DNA of 64,000 nt, taken from Phoronis australis. Lineage: Eukaryota; Animalia; Phoronida. Numbering within the stretch: position 1 is the stretch's first letter; each line of letters begins with the position of its first letter. Location of the stretch: the NCBI GenBank assembly GCA_002633005.1, contig NMRA01000145.1:461898-525897 (forward strand), in the 5' to 3' direction. Under the pieces are notes generated by a model. It was given only the letters and a program-made list of their open reading frames with translations. It had not been told where the DNA came from and made no database searches. Below, one piece after another: positions 12,930 to 24,988 of this stretch. A program made the position numbers and the translations under genes.

Positions 12930-14319
12930 GTACGTCAGACACTATTGCGGCAATTTGGTCGATGTCGTCATCATGGTAAACGACACCAAACTCGTACTCA
13001 TCTTCGTATTGTCCCCTAGCTAACCGTTGAGCTTTACTGCTCATTTCTTTTGCACTGTCTGAAGAACCCATTTTCTCATAAATATTCGCCCACAACTCGT
13101 ACAAATCGCTGTCTAGATTTCCGCCATGTTGTTCAGCCTGCTGGCACCGTCCAATGGCGGCATGGTATTCACCTTTCAGGAAATGGGCTTTTGCTAATTC
13201 CCGTGAACAGTACCACACATCAAACCCCTTTTCAATAGCAATTTTAAAACAACCTATGGCTTTGTTGAGTAACTTTACTTTCTCGGAAGAGTTGTCTAGC
13301 TTACACTCACAGTCATATTTCTCAAGACTCCACAGCCCTAGCAAATGGTGACCATAACCATTCTCCTCGTCCAAATCAATAGCTGCTTGCAAATCATCTC
13401 TGGCTTCAGGCATGAAACCCATGTTCATGTATGCGAGACTAGTGCGTCTGAGAATCATAGGCGCGTTTGTAGAAGTTGCTTTCTCATTAGCCTTTTTCAT
13501 ACAGCTTTGTACTGTGCAATCAGAAAATTCTTTTGGACAGTCTAGGCCTTCAACATCTCCCAGTCGTCTATATTTTTGCGGTCGATCGTATCTGGACATA
13601 AGTGATCCTATGAAGCACCATGCCTTTGGGACCGTGTCTTTCCATAACTCTTGTAGAACGGTATCATTCGAAGTTGGGGTTGGCTGTTTGGAGGTCACAA
13701 TCCTATAAAGGTATTCCATTGATTCTTTAAAGTATTTAGACTGCGTCTTGCCGTATGTGTTATCTGTGATGAAACAGAAGTAGGCATATCCGAGAGACCA
13801 TTCTATTTTGGTGTCCTTGGGAACTTCATTGCAATGTATTGCTTCAAGAAACAAACTTCGGGCTACTGGAATACCACCCGGTTGCAGTTGAGCATTGACA
13901 GCTGACATAATCCCAGCAAGCTCATACTTAGCGTACGCCTTACTTCTGTCTACCAACGAATCGTTGGACAGGATATCCTGGATTTTCGTCTCGTACTCTT
14001 CAGCTTTTGAAGGAAGTTTCATTTGTTCATAGGTGAACAGTAGGTTGAGTAGGGCGTTTATACTAGAGGGGTTTTCTGTAAGAACGTCTTCAAACCATCG
14101 AACAGCTTTGTCGTTTTCATTTATTTTGAAGTTCAAATATCCCAGTAAAATCATCATGGTGTGTCTTCTTGCATTCGGTTCACTTTTTATTTCTCTTGAA
14201 AATCGATGAAGGCACTTTTCAAACGTGCCTTTCATGTTCTGTAGAAAGCGGTTTGTGAAAAGGCTGGCGATGCCATCCTTACGCAGTTGCTTCACTACAT
14301 CCCTGCCTTCTGCCATCAT
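12892..14319 (-). CDS. TTC22/IFIT-like TPR protein, copy 1 (475 aa from ATG at 14319); TIR domain lost by frameshift
   Basis: Close paralog of 20188-21945. The true start MMAEGRD follows the acceptor tatattgcag. A 4-bp insertion at about 12930-12933 shifts the frame just inside the TIR domain. Confidence 0.8.
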   Translation of the reverse strand: MMAEGRDVVKQLRKDGIASLFTNRFLQNMKGTFEKCLHRFSREIKSEPNARRHTMMILLGYLNFKINENDKAVRWFEDVLTENPSSINALLNLLFTYEQMKLPSKAEEYETKIQDILSNDSLVDRSKAYAKYELAGIMSAVNAQLQPGGIPVARSLFLEAIHCNEVPKDTKIEWSLGYAYFCFITDNTYGKTQSKYFKESMEYLYRIVTSKQPTPTSNDTVLQELWKDTVPKAWCFIGSLMSRYDRPQKYRRLGDVEGLDCPKEFSDCTVQSCMKKANEKATSTNAPMILRRTSLAYMNMGFMPEARDDLQAAIDLDEENGYGHHLLGLWSLEKYDCECKLDNSSEKVKLLNKAIGCFKIAIEKGFDVWYCSRELAKAHFLKGEYHAAIGRCQQAEQHGGNLDSDLYELWANIYEKMGSSDSAKEMSSKAQRLARGQYEDEYEFGVVYHDDDIDQIAAIVSDVLGEAVASTVLLS

Positions 14320-15649
14320 GAATCTGCAATATAAATTAAAGAGTTTTAGATTCCATGAAAAACCATCCCACCCACATGTTATTTTTTTTTCCAGTACTGC
14401 TTCATACATTCATTCTCAATGAATCGTGACAAATGGTTCTCTCAATGAATCGCGACAAATGGTGAAGCCAATTTAATGTTCTGTTCACCACAGAGAATGT
14501 CCGAAATCATGAAACAACGTCAAAAGATCTTTAAAATAAATGAAAATATGTCTAATGTGGGTGCTGTTTCTTATGACCGGCCACAGTTTACATGTTAGGT
14601 GTTACAATGTACCATGTAGCACAGGGTTCCATAAAATTGCGTAAAGCTGAAAAAACGACAAGGTAGAAACAGGCTCCTTCTGTTATAAAAACTTGTCCAA
14701 TCGAAACGAATAATTGTGCTTGGGAAACTCAGGGAGACATATTCAAAGCAAAAGCCAACGTTTACTGAGTGACGCCAAATCTCAAAACATTTACGAGACC
14801 TCATTGGCGTGTTTTTGTACAATAACGTTTCAACAGATATTTCAGTGAATTCATGATCAATAATTCGTAATACAAAAAGACGACGATGACATTATTTTTT
14901 TAAGCCTTTGCCTGATCTGGAGGGGGCTGTGCGCTGCGGAATTTTTTGGAATCATTTACGAGACGTGCATAAACTCAACAATAGTGATTTAATTAAAATG
15001 AAGATGTAGAAACTAAAAAATTCTACTAATCTATGCTGATGTGCAAAATCAATACACAGCTTTAAAAGTTTTTGACGGACATTTAGAAAAAATAATGCTG
15101 GCCTTGCTTATCATTTACGAGTTTCATTTACGGGAGAACGATTTTCTAATTAGGCCAAGTCCAATAAATTCCACCTACTATTGGCATGTGTGACCTGAAT
15201 ATACAGGCCAATTTTTCAAAAACGAGCACGTGCGCTTCAGCCAACATTGATAGGTCTACTGTCTGAAAATACTCGGTAAAGCAGTCACCAGAACTTTTGG
15301 GTAAGTTTTCAGTAATTTCACTTTTATAATTCATATGTTTCAGTGTTGTTATTAAAGTGCTGAGGGAAGTGACGAAATGCTTCCTGTGAAACATAGTTTG
15401 ATTAGAATTTGCTTGACGTTGGTCTGATAAGTTCTCGCAAAAATTGTCACGTAAATGACATTCAGTGTCCCGTAAGGGATTTGTTTTATTTTTGCCCAAA
15501 TTAAACTCATTTCTTTAAGTAGTAAGTAAATTATTATATGTGACGATACACTGACTTAATGCAGCTGGGATTGCAAATATAGTGATGACATCTTTTTGTT
15601 TTATTTCATACTTATTAATTAAAGTTTGTCACCTTGGTTTGCGTTGCAG

Positions 15650-16107
15650 AATGCCAAAATCCAAGTCGCAGTGGATGAAAGAATACAGAGCCCGTAAAAA
15701 GACACAACTTGATGACGAATGGGTTAGAAGGGAAAGTGAACGAGTTATGGGGTGTTTCGTATCAGGGTCAAAAATGGCAGAAGTACAAAAAGTCGAAAGA
15801 CAAGAAAAGAATGTTACCCGAGTCCAAAGAAGTCGAGGTACAAGTGAAGCAAGGCGATTTTGTTGTAAGTCTCCGACATCTCGGACAAGTCGTGGACACA
15901 GATGATGACGACTTGCATGTGAAAGTCAACTTCTTGCAGCCGTCCAGTAAAATCATTGGATTGTTTATGTGGCCGAAGAAAACGGACAGGATTTGGCTAC
16001 GGAAAGATGACATCCTGAAGCTAGTCCTAGACCTCGCACACACTGGGACGAGCCGCAGAGTGTTCAAGGTGTCAGATGAATTGACGGATTATCTTTATTT
16101 CTCTTAA
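15650..16107 (+). mobile_element. Internally deleted DNA-transposon-like ORF relic (basic N-terminus fused out of frame to a Tudor-like C-terminus)
   Basis: MPKSKSQWMKEYRARKK N-terminus after a ttgcag acceptor. GDFVV..GQVV..V.VNFL..FMWPKKTDRIW..DIL..RRVFKV C-terminus, of a kind I associate with invertebrate transposon proteins. Repeated catttacgag motifs lie upstream. Confidence 0.45.
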
Positions 16108-16709
16108 TGACGTTTAAAGCCGAGTTGAAGATTAAAAACGAAATATTGTGGACGCGTGTATAAAGTTGGAAAATGCTATTGTGACTCACAGTTGAATTGT
16201 GGGCCGGTAGGCACTTGTTCAGTAAAGGTATTATAATTATAAATTAACAAAAATGATTGATGCTGCAAATAACTTGCTAACCAACTGCCGAGAGTTGACC
16301 TTGAGATTAAATATCCCACCTGTGTACGAAAACATTGAAAAGTCATTATTTGACGTATGGCTGACACTGTAGCGTGTACACTATGAATACTAACCTTAAA
16401 CAAGTAAAAAAACTTCACCATAATTCATCGTTTCTTTCATCTGTCAATTTCCGAGTCAGAAGTAAACTAAAATGAATGGTTAGTATTAACATTGTCACCT
16501 CGTCGCTTAAGCAATTCATTTCCTTGTGTGTTTATAACTGGTTTTGACGATTTGATGACCTGGTGACCCACATTTTGTTCACTCTGTTTTGTCACGCCAT
16601 CAAAAATGAAGTTTATGATGTTACAAAACGTTGATTCTACGAAGCTTTACCAAGATTTAACGGGGGATCTTCATTACCTAATATATCACGCATCTTCAAC
16701 AGAATGACG

Positions 16710-17270
16710 TGGTTGAGATTTCTGGGCCTGGCAGGTGCAGCCCAAATTGTATTTTGTCTGTCATAGGGCATTTAGTGACCAACGACATGTATTGAATCAC
16801 ATGGAATTGTTTGTGTGGCACTTCGAATGTATGATGAGCTAGCTCATTTGGGGGTCCTTTTTGGGTTTCTGGCGGACCCTTTCCAGAATGCAATTTGCCT
16901 GTCATGGATCATTCGGTATTCAGTGCGGTACTATTGTTCGTTTTAAATCAGTTTTAGATGGTACATCGAATATTTAATCTAGCTTAAATTTTCAATGGCA
17001 TACAGTGGTTAAAATTTGGCGGTTTCTGGCGGGCACAGCCTGGAGTGTATTTTGACTGCCGCGGGGCATTAAGTGATCAGTGACATGTATTGCATCACAT
17101 GAAATTGTTTTTTGTGGTACCTCGAATGTATGAGCTAGCTCATTTTTGGAGGGTCCTTTTTGGTTTCTACCGGGCCCATTCCAGAGTGCAATTTGTCCGT
17201 TTTGGATCATTCGGTATTCATTACAGTACTAATGTCCGTTTTTAATCAGTTTTGGCCGGTACCTCGAATT
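16710..17270. repeat. About 297-bp tandem duplication (2 diverged copies)
   Basis: Shared blocks gacatgtattg.atcacatg, gagctagctcattt and ggatcattcggtattca at about 16.7-17.0 kb and 17.0-17.27 kb. Confidence 0.85.
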
Positions 17271-20187
17271 TCTTACCTAGATCATTTGTGCCCCCCTTGT
17301 AAGTTCCCCACTGGCCACACCCAGGGTGCAGACAACGGCAGACGTCTATGAGGCATGTATACTGAGGTGGACTCTACGTGCTCCTATGGCCAGATGTTGG
17401 TCCCTCGTTCATCTATGCTAAGTGCTCTGGGTTGCCGGTCCAGTCGTTATCACCGAACGAGACGGCAGTTCAACTCGCACTCAATGCGTGCACGCGCTAT
17501 TCTCAAATTTTCAATTTTAAGGTTTGTCAAACTCAACATACATGTACGCCGAAGGGCTTTTTAATTGCTGATGATTTCAGTGTACATCTTAGAGATGATA
17601 TTGTTTTTCTTCTGTCACCTTTATTTTCTCATGACGAGGGCCCTAAGCTATCTGAAGTACCAGGCCGCACGACTAATTTGAGGTAAATTTCTGTAATTCG
17701 GTTCTCGTAACTAAGTACTAAAAGGAAGAAATTAACCAATTTGAAAGTCAAAAATGCAATATATTCCCACGTGAAAAGCTTTCACAATAATCTAGTGAGC
17801 ACTTATCGATTGCACACAATTAGCTTATGTGCGCTAAATGTGATACGACAATTTACTTGTTCATTTTATGATTTTGCGCGTTTTTGTTTTGATTTTTGAT
17901 TTTACGGCCGAAACCTTTCAGTTATATCTTCGTAATCAAGACTTCTTAAATTTTCCCTGTCTACGCACATACTACCTAACGCACATATTTTCTTGCAACT
18001 TCGCGGATGTCAATACACATTTTATTAGTTCAAAATGACCTTGATCTAGAGCAATTAGTGTGTGTGTGACTCAAAAACATTCTCAACACAGATTCCCCGT
18101 TTGGGAACGCTGACTCAATTCAATCTTTGCAGATTATTTGCCAGAAATCCTTGAAATCGTTTTCAGGAGCCAACCCAGTCAAGGTTATTCTGCTTCACGT
18201 AAGCATAGGTTGTCGTTAAGTTCGGCTGGTTGTTACGTCATCAATAATTCAACTGATTCCCGTAACTGAACTCCCGATGCGTTCAAGTAGACCAAAAACG
18301 AGAACTTGTCGGATATGTAACAGTACATAGCTTGAAAATGTGCATGTGGCCTAATATCCTTTGCGGTGCATCAGAAGGGCGCAGGCCTCATGGTTGGGCC
18401 CATTGCACAAAACACCAGTGAGCTAAAACTCACGAGAGCCCTGTTATGGCGGATCAAGAAGTTCTTCGTAGAGGTCGTTTTCAAGTCTGCTGTCTTTTAA
18501 GAAAACGGACAAACATTTTCATTTGCTGCCAAGCACTGTATCCTGTAGGCATGTAGTGGTGTCATCCAGTAGCTTTCTCTTTAGTCTATATAAAAACTTG
18601 CTGGGCAAGACAGTACGTGTATACAGCTACTCGAATACTCAAATTCACCTCCCGAGACTCAACTCGACAACTGTCCCGTATTTTTCTATTGGATGATCCG
18701 CATTGTTCTCACCGAGTTTTTCTTTACAAGATACTAAACCCTGTTTTGATGATTTCAGCAAGTTCTCGTTGTGTCACTTGCTTACCCACCATTGGTGTCA
18801 ATCTTGAACGATAAAAGCAGGAATTAACTGAAAATTCATACTCCCTTCTTGGTAGGTGGTCTTTCCTCACAGTTGCCGTGTAAATCCCTAAAAGCGTAAC
18901 AGATTTTGAAAGGAGTTTTTAAATTCTCCTTCAAACTTTCGAGGGTTGTTGTGAGTTACAGATGATTATTTTGTTTCAGAGAATTGGATGGAAAGTCGTT
19001 TTAATATCTGTTAATAGGCCAAAAGCGAGTTTGGTATCCCAATTATGTTTGCTCAGATCTTAGGAGAGAGGGGGAGACAATTACCACCTGCCCCGACGTC
19101 TAACCTCGAACATGGTTCCATGTTCCAGTGATCTCACTCGCTGCAGTCACAGCTTTATTTTTGACACTGTTGTTTGTTACCACACTAGACTGTACTTTGG
19201 CAATTGCCCGCCCCTTCCCGATTGTCCGTCCGGTGAAAACTAATCTTGTGAAAGAATGAAATTGTTTGCCCCTTCTTGTCAATCAAAAGATTGCGAATGA
19301 CGTCACATTGAAATTTGCTGCTATTCGCAAATGCAAATCGGTGCAAATTGGATTTTCTTTTTCAGTCTTACAAACTGCAAATAGGACATTGAAATAAAAA
19401 TTAATTTTCAATTTTCATCTTGCCAGCTTAAAATAGGATATCGAACAAAAATTAAAATTTTCCTTTTTCGTTTTGCGTATTGAAAATTGAATTAACGGAA
19501 TGCACCGTGATTGATTAGGTTCCAAACCCTGTTTATTTCAAACTAAAATAATATGACTTGGGACAGCTTTATTGAAACAAAGAAACTGGAAAGTATGCAA
19601 AATACCAGATGCACAATATTTTATATTCTGAAGAGACTGTGCTAACAAATGATTGGTCAAAATACACCTACTCAGTCTAAAAAATCTTACAATGTCGTTG
19701 TTACTTGTCATTTAATTGTTACTACAAGACACATGCGCGACATTCATTCCAGATTGAAGTTGGACGTTTTTGGCTTTTGACACGTCGCTGCATGACTCTT
19801 AAGCGAATATGAATCCGCCTTCCATCACAAAAAACATCCAACTTGGTTTAGATCACTTACCATTGTAGGCGAAGTTATTCTTAAAAGTAGTCTTTAGTCA
19901 AATCGTAGGAGGTTTCAGGGCTCCTAAAGAAGTGACGGGTCACTGTTGCGAGAGACCAGTTGAAGCTCTACAATCTGGCTTGCCGCGGAGCGCCTCTCAC
20001 GGAATAACGAACAGTCAGTTGTTTGCAAACCCAGACATCACTTTCCATTTGAGTAACGAACAAAATGAGACAAATTTTACACTAGTGTCTGCCCAAATCA
20101 GAAGTCACTTCTGAGTTCGCCCTTGGACAGAATGCAATTTATAATCGCTTTCAGTGTTCCTAACGCGTTTTACCAACATGCGTTATT

Positions 20188-21945
20188 TTAAAGAGCGTTG
20201 TCCTGGATGGTGAAACTTTCAAACTTTCTTTTAATTTCGTCTTTGAATTTATCTGATCCATCAGCTTCAATCGCTCTAAATGGATTTAAAACAAATGGAA
20301 TGTCCTTACATCCAGGTAACTTTGCAGGAATTATGGTGTTACGTTCTCCTCTATCACACCTGACATTTATAATAGACGTCAGGGTATTGTAAGCTACAGA
20401 AGTGCCCGGGAAAAAATTATCACTACAGAAAACTAGGATACAATGGCACATTTTTTCAAGTGCACACCATGTTTCGACAGTGTTATTCCCACATAATATA
20501 TCTCGGTCAAGAAAGAAACACCGCAGATGCAGCTGCTTCTCCAAATCAGTAATTAAAGCGGTAATATGATCAACGTCTTCGTCATGGTAAACGACACCAA
20601 AATCGTGCTTTTCGCTATCATACTGCCCCCTAGCTAACTTTTGAGCTTTATTACTCATTTCTTTTGCGCTGTCTGGACATTCCATCTTTATATAAATTTT
20701 TGCCCACAACTCGTACAACTCACTGTCTAGATTTCCGCCATGCTGTTCAGACTTTTGACAACGTCCGATAGCGGCATTGGGATTACCTTTCATAAAATAA
20801 GCTTTGGCAAGTTCTCGTAAACAATACCACATATCAAACCCCTTTTCAATAGCAACTTCAAAACAACGTATGGCTTCGCTGAGTAAATGTGTTTTATCAT
20901 TGGAGCTGCCTTGCGCACACACGTACTCATAATTCTTAAGAAACCATTGCCCAAGCAAATTGTGACCATAACCACTTTCCCCATCCAGATCGACAGCTTG
21001 TCGCAAACATTTTTCAGCCTCAGGCATCCACGTCTTACCCATGTCCATGTATACTAGACCAGTTCGTCTTAGAATCATCGGTGCGTTTTTCAAAGTTGCT
21101 TTCTCATTAGCCTTTTTCATACAGCTTTGTACTGTGCAACCAGAAAATTCTTTTGGACATTCTAGGCCTTCAACGTCCCCCAGTCGTATGTATTTCTGCG
21201 GTCGATCGTATCTGGACATAAGTGATCCTATGAAACACCATGCCTTTGAAACCGTGTCTTTCCATAGCTCTTGTAGGGCGGAATTATCATCATTCGTGGT
21301 GGGGGTCGGCTGCTTTGAGATAACAATCCTGTAAAAGTATTCCATTGATTTTTTGAAGTATTTATCCTGCGTCTTTCCATATGTATTATCCGTGTTGAGG
21401 CAAAAATATGCATAACCGAGAAACCATTCTACTTTGACGTCTTGGGGAACTTCTTCACAAAGTATTGCTTCCTGAAACAGGTCGTCGGCTACTTGAAAAC
21501 CCCCAGTTTGCAGCTGAGCATTGACAGCTGACATAACACCCGCAAGTTCGTACTTAGCGTAAGCCTTACTTCTCTCTGCCAACGAATCGTTGGACAGGAT
21601 ATCCTGGATTTTCTTCTCGTACTCTCCAGCCTTTGAAGGAAGTTTCATTTGTTCATAAGTGAACAGTAGGTTGAGTAGGGCGTTTATACTAGAAGGTTGT
21701 TCTTTAAGAACGCCTTCGAACCATTCAACGGCTTTGTCGTTTTTACTGGCTTTAAAGTTCAAGTATCCCAGCAGGATCATAACAGTGTGTCTTCTAGCAT
21801 ACGGTTCACTTTCTATCTCCCTTGTATAACGGTTGAGGCACTTTTCAAACGAACCTTTCATGTTCTGTAGAAAACGGTTTGTGAAAAGGCTTTTTATGCC
21901 ATCTTTACGCAATTGCTTCACCACGTCTCTGCCTTCAGTCATCAT
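20188..21945 (-). CDS. TTC22/IFIT-like TPR-TIR protein, copy 2 (585 aa, intact, single coding exon)
   Basis: TPR helices (ILLGYLNF..KAVEWFEGVLKEQPSSINALLNL; AWCFIGSLMSR; LAKAYFMKG). C-terminal TIR: DFGVVYHDED, LRCFFLDRDILCG, ILVFCSDNF, IIPAKL..IPFVL. Confidence 0.88.
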   Translation of the reverse strand: MMTEGRDVVKQLRKDGIKSLFTNRFLQNMKGSFEKCLNRYTREIESEPYARRHTVMILLGYLNFKASKNDKAVEWFEGVLKEQPSSINALLNLLFTYEQMKLPSKAGEYEKKIQDILSNDSLAERSKAYAKYELAGVMSAVNAQLQTGGFQVADDLFQEAILCEEVPQDVKVEWFLGYAYFCLNTDNTYGKTQDKYFKKSMEYFYRIVISKQPTPTTNDDNSALQELWKDTVSKAWCFIGSLMSRYDRPQKYIRLGDVEGLECPKEFSGCTVQSCMKKANEKATLKNAPMILRRTGLVYMDMGKTWMPEAEKCLRQAVDLDGESGYGHNLLGQWFLKNYEYVCAQGSSNDKTHLLSEAIRCFEVAIEKGFDMWYCLRELAKAYFMKGNPNAAIGRCQKSEQHGGNLDSELYELWAKIYIKMECPDSAKEMSNKAQKLARGQYDSEKHDFGVVYHDEDVDHITALITDLEKQLHLRCFFLDRDILCGNNTVETWCALEKMCHCILVFCSDNFFPGTSVAYNTLTSIINVRCDRGERNTIIPAKLPGCKDIPFVLNPFRAIEADGSDKFKDEIKRKFESFTIQDNAL

Positions 21946-22734
21946 GAATCTGCAATATTGAAAGGAATTTTTTTATGCAAAATAAAAGAAACACCCTGTC
22001 GTGTAGATGGAATTGCATGTCTTTCTGTCTCATAAACGAGAATGAAACAGCCCGTCCGACATATGTTCTAAACAATACACCATAGCTGGTACATCTGTAG
22101 CTAAAAAGTTACACGTTAACCGGGAAACGGTCAGTTTGATGGTATTAGGTCTGTTGTCGCTTATAAACGTAACCATTTTGCGATTGGTTAAACCTTGAAA
22201 AATGTTGTCATCACATACTTTGAAATTTCCACAACACGATGATTTAGGTTGTACATTCACAAAATTCGAATACACAAAGCTGACTTCTGAATCAACAATG
22301 TTGCATGAGAGAACTATTTCAGTTCTTTCAAAAGCTGTCCACGAGCGCGTTCGTATACTAACTAGCACTCACACATGTAGGCCCGTACGAAATGCCAAAG
22401 CATAGTTCAACCTGGTCTTTAAGTTTGAATGTACAAAGCCTTTAATCATAATACATAGTTAAGTATTTCGGCCAGGGTCCCTTTGATGCATTATTTAATG
22501 TCAAGTGTTAAAATAATTTGACGGCTTATAATTCGAACACATGGAAAACATCGTTTTTGTCTTTGCTTTTACTAATTATCCCAATTTCTTTGAAACTTAC
22601 TTCGGCATAAATCACTGTGCGACTGTAGATCCGTTTAATTACCTCCCCTGTGGGAATACCCTCCAGGTCTGCCATAACCTCACCCCGCATGTCTATGGTC
22701 CTTGAAAATTATTAGCATATTTGTACCATTGAAA

Positions 22735-23495
22735 ACTGAGGGACGGACGCCAAAAACAGACTCGAAAACAAAAAAATGGCCACTAGGTGGCGCAAAGTAT
22801 GAATCCATCGAAAACGAGAGGATAGCGTCATCTCACTAATAGATGTCTATGTGCCAAATTTTATGGAAATCCGTTGAGGACCTTTGAAGATACAGAGGTA
22901 AACGTAAAAAACTAAAACTGCCACTAGGGGGCACACCGGTACACTGACCTGTTCGAAAGTCGTCGTCGTCCGTTGCCAACTTCATATAAATACATTTGCT
23001 AAATTTAATAGAGATCCTGTAGAACGTTTAGGAGATACAGCCATGGGCGCAAAACAAACAAAACTGCCACTAGGAGGCGCCACTGTAGTCGAAAATCGTC
23101 AACTGTCTTCTTCATAGTAAGAACACACATGCTAATTTTCACAATCATCCTTAAAGTGGTTTGGTTGTTAGACGGGCGGACGCCAAAAAAAAACGACTCG
23201 AAAACAGTAAAAACTGCCACTAGATGGCGTAAAATGCCTCGAATCCATCCGAAAACGAGAGGGTAGCGTCAACTCATTAAAAGATTCCTATGTGCCAAAT
23301 TTCACAAAAATCGGTTGCGGACCTTTGAAGATACAGAGGCAAGCGTACAAAACTAAAATTGCCACTAGGGGGCACAGTGGTATTCGGGTCGGTCCGAAAC
23401 TCGTCGCCCTCTGTCGTCAACCCCATTGGAACACACTTGCCAAATTTCAATAACACCCTGCAAGGGGTTTAGGAGATACAGCCGCGGACGCCGGA
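22735..23495. repeat. Interspersed repeat with about 145-bp internal subrepeats (about 440-bp higher-order unit)
   Basis: CCACTAG(G/A)NGGC core at 22780, 22921, 23067, 23217 and 23362. 22740-22950 is close to 23170-23390. Confidence 0.85.
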
Positions 23496-24952
23496 GGCCC
23501 AGACAGGGATGACGGCAATATGCGACCACATACAAATATTTGGGCGCATAAAAATGGGTATACCATCTTTTTCCGAAATTAATGAAAAACGTATACAATT
23601 TCAGCGGTACGTCCTCACTTTTTCACTCGGAATGCTTCAGTAACAAAAGGAAATGTGGCCACACGTTAAATAACAATACTTCATTTGTCAATTTAAAATG
23701 ACGATTTTGCAACAAGCGACCACGGGCACGTCAAACTGGTAGTGGAAGTGAAACGGACTTACGTGCAATATTGCCTCTCGCAGCAAAAGGCCAATACAGT
23801 AGTAATAATATTGAACAGAGCGCCAATTTGTACTGGGATTGTTCATAGTTGTCATGGAATGGCTCTTGCGCTAACGCCTACTCTTTTGAAATAAAGACAA
23901 TAAAACTTAAATGTTCTTTTACTTTTACCCTGGCATCTACATGACCGCTGTACATACAGCACAGAAACCAAATTAACTTCATTCTGTTACCGTTTGAAGT
24001 ACCAAAAGCATCAAAACAGCCACTGAATTAAACACCGCATGTTCAAAGTTTGAGAACGATTAACTGAACATTACGGTGGCACTCAATAGTTTTTTGAACC
24101 ACAGTAACCNCCCCCCCCCCAACTTCATAAAAAATCTCGCCTGCTGAACTGGTCGGGTATTTTGAGATTTACTCCATGTGTTGTTGGCTACAAATGGCTT
24201 TTGTTAAAAACATGCAGTTGCCCCCTAGATCTACTTTCTCGTAACCGTGACTGTTCCTAAACACAGGGTCTAGCACTTCCTGATGGCTGGAAATTCAGGT
24301 ACCCCACAGACTTTTCAGGTTAGCAAAAACGGTCTGGTCGACCCCCATTGACTACACAACGTTTGGAATATGGAGTTATGGAATGTGTCTAGTAGTCGCA
24401 TGCGAGTTGTGGTGTTGGGCTGAAAACCACCACTTTTGTGTATCTGCTTGTTTTTCGTCATAGCCGCCTAGAACCGCAAAAGACACGTAATGTAAAGAAG
24501 ATTTATGCATGGTCAATACATGTATACGTTGTGTATTATGTGGTTTTGTTTTTGAAAAGTTAACTTGCTTTCCCTCCGTTGACCCTAATTATTAACTTCA
24601 ATTCAAAACCGAAGTGTTCCCATTGACTGAAACTTCGCTAATATCGAACCTTGGGAGCCAGTGGGAAAAGTCTCTTAATGACTGAAACAATTTATGGACA
24701 GCATGTGTACCTAAGGTAACAGACGAGCGTCAAAAGCTAGTTTCCTGAGATGAAAAAGACAGATATTGGCGAAAAAAGCTGGTAATATAGAATTGAAGGA
24801 CAAAGATTAAGAATGAAAATGATAGTTAAACGGAGATAACAAAGGACAGTTTCTTTACACTTGCAGTTTAAAAATGTGAATTATGAAGCAGGGGGAATAA
24901 CTCTCATCTACTTATATTGATTATTCATTATAGTGACATGGATGCATCACAG

Positions 24953-24988
24953 AATACAATACAATACAATACAATACAATACAATACA
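24953..24988. repeat. (AATAC)n microsatellite
   Basis: About 7 direct AATAC units. Confidence 0.95.

Noticed and set aside
14320-14409. 30-aa N-terminal extension of copy 1 in the ORF track
   Set aside because: Paralogs start at MM.E, and the extension runs through the conserved splice acceptor, so it is likely intronic.
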